A program made the translations under genes and the position numbers. From Antechinus flavipes (Eukaryota), in the NCBI RefSeq assembly GCF_016432865.1, contig NC_067400.1:29202001-29266000 (forward strand): a stretch of DNA of 64,000 bases, read 5' to 3'. The notes beneath the pieces were generated by a model. That model worked only from the letters and a program-made list of their open reading frames with translations, had not been told where the DNA came from and made no database searches. Positions 12,345-24,665 of the stretch are shown in pieces (position 1 is the stretch's first letter; each line of letters begins with the position of its first letter).

Positions 12345-12543
12345 TTTGGTTCTCAAAGTATGGTCTAGAGAATCCTGGGGATCTCTGAAACCCTTTTAGG
12401 GTCTACAAATTCAAAAATAGTTTTTATTTCCAATATGGTAAATGTCTATAAATATAACCCAGATAAACAAAAATGCTTTGGAGAGATCCTCAATAATTTT
12501 TAATAGGATAAAGATGCTGAAAACAAAAGTTTGAGAACCACTG
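12345..12543. mobile_element. hAT-Charlie-type non-autonomous element (MITE)
   Basis: Terminal inverted repeats tggttctcaaag (12347-12358) and tttgagaaccactg (12530-12543); interior aatgtctataaatataacccagataaacaaaaatgctttgg..cctcaataatttt is Charlie-like. Confidence 0.75.
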
Positions 12544-13466
12544 GAACCTATGGGATACTTGCTTTCTCTAACACAAATGATTTTTGAAATGATGGAGACA
12601 ATTTAGGGCAGGAGAATAATCCCTAGTGCCTCTAACAGTTTCTAGGTCTTCCCTCCTTGATTCAACCAAAAGAACAATTATCAACTTTTCTAGAGCCTTT
12701 TATATTTATGAAGTTTTTTTTTATTAAAACTGTACTATTCAATTCTGAGAAGTACTCTATGAGGAGGGTGCTATTATTGTCTCTATTTTACAGAAGAGAA
12801 AAATTAAGCTGAGTGAAGCTCAGTGATTTGCTTAGGGTGACAGATCTAGTTGCATTACAAAGCAAAAGTCACACTCAGTCTTTCTGGTTCCCAAGTGCAG
12901 TGATCTTTCCCTACTTCATCACCTAATCAGCTGTCCATACCTATATCACTCTCTGGATCTATATCAGAAGTGAGATTTGAAGCAGGTCTTTTGATTACTA
13001 AAGTACTGCACTTGGCAGTAGGAAGAGCTGAGTTTATATCCTATATGAAATATTTACTGAGTGACAATTAGAGAGTCACAACCTCCATTTGCTCCATTTT
13101 TCTCATCAGTAAAATAAGATTAATAACAATAATATTTACTTCCCACAGTTGATGTAAGGATCAAATTGCAATAGTATATATGAAATGCTCTGTAAACCTT
13201 AGACCACTATATAATAGTTATTAGTTGTCTTTTGTTCTCAAAGAGCACCAAAATGTATCACCGTATTAGATTCATTATTATTGTAATTGCTATAATCATT
13301 ATTATTTTACCACCTAATACTATTATTTTGCCAGAGATACATCTCTCTAGGAATGAACAAATGAATAAATGAATGAATAAATATATAAACAATAATAAAT
13401 AATAGGTAATTTGTCAAATGCTATACTGGATTTAGATTTATAAAGTATAGATATTATCTCTTTCTC

Positions 13467-13526
13467 TCTCTCAAGATATATATAGATATAGATATAGATA
13501 TAGATATAGATAGATAGATAGATATA
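13467..13526 (+). repeat. (TATAGA)n/(TAGA)n microsatellite
   Basis: gatatatatagatatagatatagatatagatatagatagatagatagatatac seen directly. Confidence 0.95.
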
Positions 13527-13589
13527 CATCCACACACATACACAAATATTTTTAGAAAAAATTGCATTTCTAGTATTAACGGATGGATC

Positions 13590-14440
13590 TATGAAAGTTT
13601 TGGAACGCAAACCATTTGTAATTTAGGGACCTTGTCTACTCATGAAAGTAACTGAGCTGGTGGGAACGGACACGTCACATGATTCAGTGGCTGACCCTGG
13701 CTCCTTTGGGGCTGGCAACAGGCAGCATGTGTCATCCCTATTTCCATTCTAGAGTGATGGAAAGATTCTATCAGCACATTGTAATTCTCTTGACCTTTTA
13801 GATAATGGCAGGAATCCAGGACTTGGACTTTTCATTGCCACCCACGGTATACATTACCTGTTGGAAGAAAGCTGGTTGGAACTCATTCAAATAAAAACGA
13901 ATCCCTAATTGCTTACTCTTTGCATATTGGTTCTCAATTTCTAAAACTCCATTACAAATCACACAGAATTTACCAACTGGCCATTAGCAAATAGAGAAGA
14001 AATCCCTGTAAAAATAAGATACCACAAGTGCAGTGACCTTTATCGTTGGTCTCAGGCCTGCCAACGTTTGAAAGTTATCCAAAGGTAAAGATATCATTTA
14101 ATGAAGAGGAAAATAGTAAGGAGTTAATATTTTGTTAAGAAATCAAAAATATGTCATTTTCCTCCTAAATGACAAGGCTATATTTGCATTTGCTTTTCTC
14201 CATCATGGAAATTCAGTGATTACCAGCCACGTTCCTGAATTTTGAAAGCCATTTACAATTACACTTATTTAACCTTCAAAAGGACAAAAGTTAAAGACAT
14301 GAGTATTTCTCCTCTGACCTGTGAGTCTGATTTAATGAATAATTCTAGATTTTAGAGGAATAATGGCAGTATTTTTATATGTAAAAATCTTCACATTTAC
14401 AGGTAAATCTAACCATGTATGGTTCATTCAGGACAAAGGT
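13590..14440. promoter_or_regulatory. Unique non-repetitive island, candidate conserved non-coding element
   Basis: High-complexity sequence with retained CpGs and no repeat similarity I recognise; contains the splice-like motifs at 13857/13858 and 13974-14005. Conservation is inferred, not measured. Confidence 0.4.
13974..14005 (-). other. Candidate 32-nt microexon
   Basis: Minus strand: cttgtggtatcttatttttacag|GGATTTCTTCTCTATTTGCTAATGGCCAGTTG|gtaaat. Confidence 0.3.
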
Positions 14441-17384
14441 TCTATTAGATTTCTACTCCCATGCCATAAAGTCTCCACCCTATTCACCTCAGATATACTT
14501 GGGATAATGAAGAAGACTTGGAATATTAATAATAACAACTAATATTTAGATGGCGTTTTAAGGTATGCAAAGTACTATCATAAATTTTAATAATAACTTA
14601 CATTTGTCTAGCACTTATTATGTGTCAGACATTGTGCTAAGTGTTTTACAGGTAGTATTTCCTATCCTCCCAACTTAATCCTCTCAACAATTCTGGAATT
14701 TAGATGCTACTATTATTATCTTCATTTTACAGATGGGGAACCTAAAGCAGGTAGGAGTTAAGTGACTTGCCCAAGATCACACAGCTAGTAAGTATCTGAG
14801 GCTGAATTTGAACTTTGGACTTCTTAACTCCAGATCCAGATTGAGGACTCTCTTGGTGTTTGTTTCTGCCTCTGTAGCTATGAAAATAACTCCTCATGAG
14901 CTTTTGTCCAGATGATACTTGCACAGTGCTTAGCACATAGTAGGCACTTAATTCGTTCAACATACATTTATTAAGCACCTAATACAGTTTAAGTTCTTGG
15001 GAGACAAAAAAGAAGCACAAGACAACCCACCTACTCTTAAAGAATCCATAATTCCTTGTTGACTATTTTGCCAACTGACTGATTCGGCAATAATAACCAT
15101 TTTCCATTGATATCAAGAAAGCTTTGCCTTCCACCCTTGATTCAGTATTGACATCAAGGCTAATGGTTAACAATGCTTTCAGTGGGATGCAATAGTTCTC
15201 CAAATTGGTGGAACCCAGCAAGGCATTGTTGGTGAACATGCAGATGAAGATCATGGTTCCAACCTATGACCCCCAACCCAGACTGGGAGTTAGTAGGGAA
15301 TGGGGACTGGACTTTTATTTACACCACAAGGAGTAGCAATTGAAAATGTCTCAAAGTAAGGCTTCTTACTGAGTCCCTTACTGGCTATGTGGCAAGAGTC
15401 AAGTCACTGAACTACTTAAAACTCCATTTTCCTTATCTATTAATTGAGAAGTTTGAGATGCATGGTGTATGTCTGAAGTCCCTCCCGGCTCTCAGTCTAA
15501 ATTATGAATCTTTAAAGTAGTTTTCTACTTTGCCTTAAGTGGTCATTTAAATTAGGAAAAAAGCTAGTATGAAAATAACAGTTTTAGACATCTTGGTAAA
15601 AGCCACCTGTAATCTCAGGAGGGTATCTTTTTTCCCTTCCCTCTATCTGTATTTACCTTCTACCTCTAGAGTATATAAATTCCCAGAGAGCAAATAAGGA
15701 TTCTTTTGTCCACAAAGAAAATATGTGATACATATTGGTTGAACTTAACTTAGATCAGACATGTTCTTATCCTAAGCCAGGACCCCTAGTTTTCTGCCCC
15801 TTAGAGCTCATCTCTATCACTTGAAGCAATAAAATCTAAAGATAAAAAAAAAAAAATTGGCATTCACGTGTTTTGCAGATATCTAAAGTCCTGAAAGCTA
15901 CCAAGGCCACGTCTACTAAAAACCACAAATGGAAGTCGTTCACTGATTCAGTATTATTTTGATCAATATTAAAGATCATAAATTTGGAGCTAGAAAGGAC
16001 CTTGATGTTTCCAGCCCAATTCTTGCATTTTACAGATAGTGACACTGAGGCTAGGATCACACAGCTAATAAATGCCTGAGAGTTTGAATTCAAGTCTTTC
16101 TGACTCCAAGTGGACAATTCTACCTGCTTCATCAATTATAATATTATACCAATCACAAAGGGATTTCTTCACCCAAGAATTCTTATACCTATAAACTCAT
16201 AGATCGCGTTCCTATATTTCTATCTAATAACAATTATGAAAAGTAATAATTTATCATCATCATCATCAGTGGAAAACATAGCTTAAAATAAGAGTAAAAA
16301 TGGATGTAACAGTGGGTCCTCCAGCATTTTCATCCCCCACTCCACCCTGCAATGATTTTGCTTAAAAGACTTTGACTGATTTTTTAAAAATAAGTGCTTT
16401 GAAATACTTTTCCATTCTTGTTGAAATGGCCCAAACCACTACCAATGAGTTCTCCTCAAGGAAGGAATCTAAAAATATGCTTCTTTGCCTTTGCTGCCTC
16501 TCACCAAATTTCAGATGGCAGAACCTGCCTTTTACATATTCTTGCCTTTACCCAGCCTGCAACAGATGCTTCACAAACATTAGCTGAGAGAGAATAACTG
16601 GGTAATAAGTAATTCTAGGAGGCAGAAGAACAGATGAGTGGAGTCTGGCTTCCTGTAGATTAGACCCCAGGAAGGAAAATGACCCATGCAGATAAAAATG
16701 GGAACTGACTACATCTGTTGAAAGGCAGAAAGGGTATCCGGAGGAGCACTGCCACCAATGTATGTATGGCATAAGAGAGGAATTGGAAAGAAAATGATGA
16801 TTTTGCAAGCCTTCTTTCCTTTAGAAACACAGTTCATCATTTTGCTTTATGAAATAAATGTTCCATGACTGGACGGCATTCAGGAAACCCAGAGCCACCA
16901 AATACCCTAAGTTTTGTCTGATCTACTAAGAAGAAGGTTGTGAGATTCAGGTCACTAATGTCACTGAGTACTCCGATTTCCAAGATCTTCATTCATAAAA
17001 CTCCTAAACATTACTCAAATAAGCCATAGCTCACTGGCAACCCAGAATCTCAATGGCCAGTAGGAAAAAAATCCCACATGAAACCATAACCAGATCCTTT
17101 GGTACTTGGGTTCAATTCAATTTGATGCAGGGGGAATCAATACAGAGGACCATATGCTTCAGTTGTGTACAATTATACCAGAAGAGGGGATGGGGAAAAT
17201 GGACCTGGAACATGCAAATCACCTACTCAAACATTCTTAATTCTAAGAAAGTAAGCCAATTTATTTTAATTTAATTTTCTAACATGTATGATTACCAGGA
17301 TAGTAAATATGTGTTATAATGTTATATATTCTAGGAACTGCTAACAGTATATTATTAGAGAATAATTTTACTATTTTGAAAGAG

Positions 17385-20210
17385 ACATTAATTAAGCAAG
17401 AATTTAAGGACTACTGATCTATCTATCTATCGATCTAGCAAAAGAGATTTCTTTGTCCACAGGGAGTTTACATTCTGTTGGGGGAAGGGGGAGACAACAC
17501 AACCATATACAAAATATGTTAAAAGGAAACAAATGCTTTTTTCAGGAAGAAAAGAAGCAGCTAGAGGCAGACAAGAAATGTTTCACATGATAAAAGGCTG
17601 AAGGCCCTTGATCTGACTATTTTTTTTTTTTTTTGCTTTTTATTTTCAAAATGTGTGTACATAGTTTTCAACATCCACCCTTGCAAAACCTTATGTTCCA
17701 ATTTTTTTCTCCCTCCCTCTCTCTCCACCTAGAGAGCAAGTGTTCCAAGGTATGTTAAACATGTACAATTAATTTCCACAATTATCATGCTGCACAAGAA
17801 AAATTGGGTAAAAAAGGGGAAAAAAGAGAAAACAAAAAGCAAGCAAACAAAAACAAAAAGGTGAAAACACTATGTGATTCATATTTAGTCCCCACAGCCT
17901 CTTTCTGGATGCAAATGGTTCTCTTTATCACAAGTCTATTGGAATTATCCCGAACCGCTTCATTGTTGAACAACGCCACATCTACCATAGTTGATCATCA
18001 TATAATCTGTTGTTGCTATGTACAATGTTCTCCTGGTTCTACTCACTTCACTCAGCATCAGTTCATGTAAGTTTCTTCAGGCATCTCTGAAATTATCCTG
18101 CTGATCATTTCTAAACAGAAAAATATTATTCCATATCATTCATATGCCATTACTTATTCAGCCATTCCCCAGCTGATGGGCATCCACTCAGTTTCCATTT
18201 CCTTGCCACTACAAAGAGGACTGCAAACAAATATTTTTGCACATGTGGGTCCTTTTCCTTTTTATGCCTTCATCTGAATTTTAAAGGAACAAAGATTAAA
18301 AGAGAAGGCATACCAACCGTTACAAAGCGCAAAGCTAAGAGACAGGAATCATGTGTGAAGAGCATCAACAAGGCCAGTCTGGCTGCACTGCAGAGTATAG
18401 AAAGGGGGAGCTGGAAAGGTAGGCTGGGGTGAGGATATGAAGGGTTTTAATAGTTAGAGAGTTATTTGGTTTTGCATTTATTATGTTAAAATAATTATTA
18501 AATTGATTACATATCATATATAAATATATTAAATATTTACATTATTGTTTTATTAAATTTTTATTAAATAGTTAAGTTACTAATATTTGTTCTTAAAAGC
18601 AAAATGGAGATATTGGAAGCTTATTAAACATTTGGAAAGATGATATGGTCGACTCATGCTTTAGCAAAATCATTTGGGCAGGAGTGTGGAAGATGAATTG
18701 GAGTAGAGACAACGGGGCAGGAGACTTTCGGGTGCTATTAATCTAGTGAGGGATAAAATCATACAGTAATAGTCAAGTGAGTTGAGAGAGGACAATGGAA
18801 ACACTGCATATTGTAGAGATGGATTAGATATTTGAAGAGAGAGTGAGAAATCAAGGATAATATTGTTGTGAACTTGAATGATGGAAAAAGATAGTGGATA
18901 TTTTGAGAGAAAGAGAAAAATTGAGTAGAAGAGCGGATGTGGTGGAGGTAGAGAGGAAGATAACAACTTCTCTCCTGGACATGTTGAGTTTTCAAGGTCT
19001 ACAGGACATCCTGTTCCAGATACCCACAAGGCAGCTGATGATGTGCACCTGGAACTTGAGAGACTGGGGCTAGATATAGAGATCTATGAATCATTTGTGT
19101 AGACCTAGAGATAATAAAATGATACAGAAAAGTCAGAAAGGGGCAATGAATATGGGGAAAATATGCCACAGAAGAAGGTTAAAAAAAAAAAAAGAAAAGA
19201 AGGGAAATAGAAGAACTGGCCTTGGTGAATATGTAGACCATTTCTTCAGAGCTCAGAGTGGAGGAAGAAAGTTGGAAGGATAGTATGATGAGACTTTTAG
19301 ATGTAGACAAGGCTGAATCTAAATAAGAAGAACTTCAGTGTGAACTGCAGACAAGAGAAAAGTTAGGATGAATTCTCTCTACCTTCTTAGTAACGTAATA
19401 ATGATAATAATTGTTTATATTTATATAACATCTTTAAGTTTGCCAAGTGTTTTATAGATGTTACCTCATTTGATCCTTATAAAAAGGAGTAGGTTGCTAA
19501 TTTCGCTCTTCCTATGCCTCCTTTACAGATAAGAAAGATGAGGGGGAGAAAAGTTAAATAATTTGGCCAGGGTTACATGGTCAGTATGAGGCAGGATTTG
19601 AACTCAGACATTCCTACTTCTGAGTCCAACAGTTTATTGTGTCACTTAGATGTGAGTGTAAGGAGAGGTCCTCAGCCAAGACGGTAATAAAGCAATTGGG
19701 ATGTTTGAGGAGAAAAAAGATGATTCAGAACAACTTGTGTGGGGAGGACAAGAGACAATCAATTGGGGAGGAGGGAGAGAATTGCCTTGCTCTAGGGAGA
19801 GTCTATAATGCTGTATGATCCCCTATATTCCCATTCAAAAAGTGTAGAATTTGGGGAGAAGGATGGTGAAAAGAATAATGGTTTGAGGTTTGGCAAAGTG
19901 GGAGCATCAATAAGGTAAAGGGTGAAATATTTGAGAGGAGAGAGCAGTGTGCCGTCAAACTGCCCAATTATATGACTGAGATTAGGAAGGGAAGAAAGTT
20001 CAGTTGGAAAAGCGGCAATATCCTGGGAGAGCCCTGAGAGATGAAGGCATTGATGGTCACAAGGAGGAGGTTAAAGAATGGATTCAGCTGAATAGATGGT
20101 ACACTAAGACAGCCTGTCAGGGTACATATGGCAGACAGGTCTGATAACTGCACAATGAGAATAAATATGAGAAACAGAGTGAAAATAGATCCCATTTGAA
20201 AAACTCTGCT
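17385..20210 (-). mobile_element. Long fragmented L2 LINE carrying nested L1 and MIR insertions
   Basis: L2 3' end (ttctttgtccacagggagtttacattctgttgggg..gagacaac) at 17.4 kb. The purine-rich antisense L2 body (aaggccagtctggctg, ggacatgttgagttt, gagactggggctagatatagagatct..gaatcattt) runs to about 20.2 kb. Confidence 0.75.
17620..18262 (-). mobile_element. L1 3' end (dasyurid-type) inserted into L2
   Basis: T15 tail, then caacatccacccttgcaaaaccttatgttcc..gctgcacaagaaaa..cacttcactcagcatcagttcatgtaag..cagccattccccagctgatgggcatccactcagtttcc..ttgccactacaaa. Confidence 0.92.
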
Positions 20211-21102
20211 GAGCTTTCAGTAATTCTACCTTGATCCATTATTTATTTAAGCATTAAGATTGTCCCAGATATGCTATAGGGCAATGAATTCAAGTCACAT
20301 CAATAAATTTAGGTAATTTATCCAATATCCCTATCTTTGAAGAAATCTTGGCTGAAACAAAGGGCCACAGAAAGATATGTGGTGGGATAATGCCATTTGC
20401 TGAGAAAATATTGCCAGTGAGAGGAGGGGCACATGATTAGACAGATAGCTAGAGGAAGTATTAAGTGGTTACTATAAGTCAGGCATTATACTAAATGCAT
20501 TACTTGGAATTGTGAAAGAAAAAGGGTAAAAATAATGTTAAAATGTATAATATTAAAAAAAAAAAGATGGGCTGAGCAAGTTAAATCAACAGGCACTTAT
20601 TAAGCTCTTACTGTGTGCCATTATCAAGATAGGCAGAGAACACATAGACCAAATGCTGCAATGGTCCCTGTGGAACACTAAAAGACCTAGCAGATGTGTA
20701 GGAAGTAGGATGCTGTAGGAAGAACCAATACACAGAATTTAAGGGAGATCAAGGGCAGAAAGCATAAGCATTCAAATTGCAAGTGGCACAGATAAATAAA
20801 GCCCAAAGTATAAGAAGATTACAATTCAACTGAAGTATCAGGATGAGATGTTTATTTACACTTATATCTTCAATTAAAGTCCAAAAGTGATTCAAGAATG
20901 GTCTGGGTTTGAGACTGGTACACACTGAGGCCTATCCCAACACTTAGTCCTTAGCCAAAGGGCCATTATAGACCAAAAGCACAGAAGGAATATTGATCAA
21001 GAAGGATAATATATGGATTCCCTTGGGTATCCATAACACCCTACTGCTGTGTTAACCATGAAGGTCCACTGGGCAGAAGACTGAGGAACGAGCTACTCTT
21101 AC

Positions 21103-21129
21103 CTTCTCATGCACTAAATTTTGGATATC
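21103..21129 (-). other. Candidate 27-nt microexon
   Basis: Minus strand: catagtttctaaatgaccctcag|GATATCCAAAATTTAGTGCATGAGAAG|gtaaga. Strong donor, weak pyrimidine tract. Confidence 0.15.
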
Positions 21130-23555
21130 CTGAGGGTCATTTAGAAACTATGAATTGCCCAAACCTTGGTTCCTTGAGCCAATTGCGTATCAAAGATGAT
21201 TCAATAACAATGAGATGCTAGACATTGCCTCTACTCCAGCAGCCTTATTTTTTTCCACATATTGCTGATAATGAGCAGTTCTTAAGCCATAAATTCTTGG
21301 TTCCTATAAAGGAGCTGATCTGCTTAATAAGAATCATTATATCAGTATGCTTATATTATTATAATAATGTATGTTCTAAAGTAATATAAAATATATATTA
21401 TTAAAATATTGTTGCTAACTATAACAATATTATAATAATATTTTATAACTAGCACTTATATAGTGCTTTATAGTTCTAGGCATTTACAAGGATCACAGTA
21501 TCATACGCTTAGATAAGAAGATGATATCAGAGACCATCTAGTCCAACCCTTCCACCTTAAAAAATGAGAAAATGAAGTTCTAGAGGAGTTAAGTGATTTA
21601 TCTAAAGTCACACATGAAATAAGAGGACTTTTGCTTATGGGATCTATAGCTTTTCCCATTGTGCTTTGAAGCCCTTATGATAAAGTCTCTAGGAATGCCA
21701 TGTCATGAAAAAGAAGGCATATTTCTTCTAGCACAGAGGTCCATAAGCCAATGAAGACTGCTTCATCTCACATAAACACTAACTCCGGAATTTTCTCCTC
21801 CCTCCCATCCAGCCAACAATTATGAAAAAAAATTCTCTTTTTTTGACACAGAAAAGCAGGACAATCCAAATCTAGTGACTCTAATATTATTTTTACTCTT
21901 GGGACATGTTTCAAATGTTGCCAGTTCCTTGATCAGTGTCTTGTACACAGTTCAATTCTTAGAAGCTTCTTATTTCATTAGACAAGAAGAATCTTGCAGA
22001 AGTTGGACAGTGTTTGAAAGTTGAACACCAGTTTGTTTATGGGAAAGTTGGCTATGGCCAAAATGAGTGTGAGAAGCTCATCCAATTAGGCAAATAGTAT
22101 CCATAGCAGAGATTGGGGCAGTGGGAGGAATCATGATAAGACACAGAAAAACGTTTCTAAGGATCCATGATTCTTTCTGAACAGATAGTCCTCTTATTAA
22201 TTCTCTCGTTTCCCACAGGAACATTTGCGCCATGTTTCTTTTTCCTCATGTTCCCAATTATATTAGCAAATCCTATCACTTAAAGCAAATGATTATTAAA
22301 TTATTACACATAGATTATATAAATTATTATTAGAGCAAAACCTTCTAATTTATTAGGAAGAAGAAGGGATTTTCTCTTGACTCACTGTTTTCTTTCCTCT
22401 TCATATTCAGGTACTTAAGATTAAACTTCCTCCTCCTTCTGAGCCCACTTTCTTTCACTCGCCCAATCTCCCATGTTTAAACCTTATGATTTACTTTGTT
22501 TATTCCTTTATCATACTAGGTATCATAGTGAAAAGAATGCTGGGCTTGATGTCAGAGAACCTTCAGTCCATTCCTGGCTCTGCCTCTCACTACCTAGCAT
22601 ATTACTTCCCTTCTTCAGACCTCAGTTTCTCTATTTGTGAAATGAAAGTTTTGGACAAGATGATCTATAAGATCACTTCAAGCTACAGATGTCCTATGAC
22701 TCATAATCAGCCATTTGCCAAGTTTTGCCAATTCTAGTTCTATAATATGCACCCAAATATACACTTGGAAAGCTTTTGCAAGATCAACTTATCTGTAGAA
22801 GTCAATTTTCTTTTCATTATTAGTACAGATGATTCACTGATTATTCCCTCCAAGGCTGAAATTGGATAATGCCAAAATTTTTTAGGTAGAAGTGAGGAAA
22901 GAACATTTAAAATTTCTGCAAAAAACCCTCAAACCTGTCAAGATATATAACCATCATTATGAACTTTCTGAACTATTTAAACAAAAATATCCCTACCAAT
23001 GAGCAAGACCTATTTATATCCCTCTCACTACAGACTTTTTCTGTTTAAAAAAATTAAACCATTTAATGGGCCTTGCTTAAATTTTTCCATTTTATCAATT
23101 TGATTAGCTTCAATTTGGGTTAATTTAAATTACATATATGTTACTTCCAACTAATAAAACTAGTTTGAATTTTATGTTCAAAAACTCACAAGTGGTTACC
23201 ATTGCAGCAAACTTAAAAATAGACCAAAAACCAGCTCGTGTCAGCACCCAAGTAAGAAAGACTATTTAATGACAGCTCTAATTATTACATTCTCTTGTTT
23301 TCCACTTCTGAAAAGTAGCAATTAAATCTCTCTACTTAGACTCATGTGCAAAGTAAAATAAAATGTTCTGCACCTGCTATACTAACACCGATTCATCTCT
23401 TCAAATGCTTGGAGGATTCATTTCCTCCAATAGCAGGTCTTGGATCAAAAACCCAATGGTTCCACAGGAAGTCATAACAGTGAGTCAAATGACCCAAGTT
23501 CCTTAGTGTCTCTTCTTATGGTTAAAAACAAAAACAAATACCTTTCCCAGTTCTC

Positions 23556-23556
<1 letters not shown>

Positions 23557-23604
<48 letters not shown>

Positions 23605-24157
23605 ATAATAAATATAGACTATATCCATCTATCTAAACACACATAAACACACACAGAAATAATAAATATAGAATATATCCATCTATCTAAACACACACAC
23701 ACACACAGATAATAAATATAGAATATATCCATCTAAACACACACACACACACACACACACACAAGTAAATACAGAATATATCCATCTATCTAAACACACA
23801 CACAGATAATAAATATAGCATATATCCATCTAAACACACACACACACACACACACAAGTAAATACAGAATATATCCATCTATCTAAACACACACACACAG
23901 ATAATAAATATAGAATATATCCATCTAAACACACACACACAAGTAAATACAGAATATATCCATCTATCTAAACACACACACACACACACAGATAATAAAT
24001 ATAGAATATATCCATCTAAACACATACACACACACAATAAATACAGAATATATCCATCTATCTAAACACACACACACACACACAGATAATAAATATAGAA
24101 TATATCCATCTAAACACATACACACACAATAAATATAGAATATATCCATCTATCTAA

Positions 24158-24193
<36 letters not shown>
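23557..24193 (+). repeat. Compound minisatellite: 12 copies of a ~31-37 bp unit separated by variable (CA)n
   Basis: Units gataataaatatagaatatatccatctaaac and agtaaatacagaatatatccatctatctaaac alternate, with (CA)n spacers of different lengths. Confidence 0.97.
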
Positions 24194-24195
<2 letters not shown>

Positions 24196-24438
24196 CTACC
24201 TCACACACTTACTTTCCTACCCATTCAAAGACTTGTATTTGTTCTATAGTATAGGAAATGCAAGATAACAAGAGGGATTGGTCACTAAGAGAATACAAAC
24301 CATTGTATATAAAGATTATATAGTTTATACGATAAATCTGATATCCTTAAAAGTCCCTTCCAATTTTCCATTTGAAATTTAGGCCCTTTTGAAAGGCTTG
24401 TCTCTGATAAAGAATTAACTCAAATCTCATATGCATAA

Positions 24439-24665
24439 CAGGTGCTGGAGCCAGCTCAAATCTGCTTCTTAGTGCCACTGTTAAATTTTTTTTGTGAACA
24501 TTTACCCCTCAAAAAACTAACTAAGACTACAAATCGGGTCTTAATTTGTTGTTTTGTGGACTTCAAGACTTAAGAAAATGACGGAAAAAATGTTAATAAT
24601 GCAAATTAAACATAAAAGTATATCCGGTTCTGGGAGTCAATTGTTAAACATTCACAACACACCTA
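24439..24665 (+). mobile_element. MER63-like marsupial hAT-Blackjack MITE
   Basis: ggtgctggagccagctcaaa..ctgttaaattttt..gtgaacatttacccctc..ctacaaatcgggtcttaatttgttgttttg..gacttaagaaaatgacggaaaaaatgttaataatgcaaattaaac..ttgttaaacattcacaacacacc. Confidence 0.75.

Noticed and set aside
15085-15250. FSIDIKKA resembling an RT motif (F.D..KAFD)
   Set aside because: Flanking residues do not continue the RT alignment; probably chance.
23557-24193. CRISPR-like repeat-spacer array
   Set aside because: Spacers are only (CA)n, repeats are non-palindromic AT-rich units, there are no cas genes, and the context is mammalian. It is a minisatellite.
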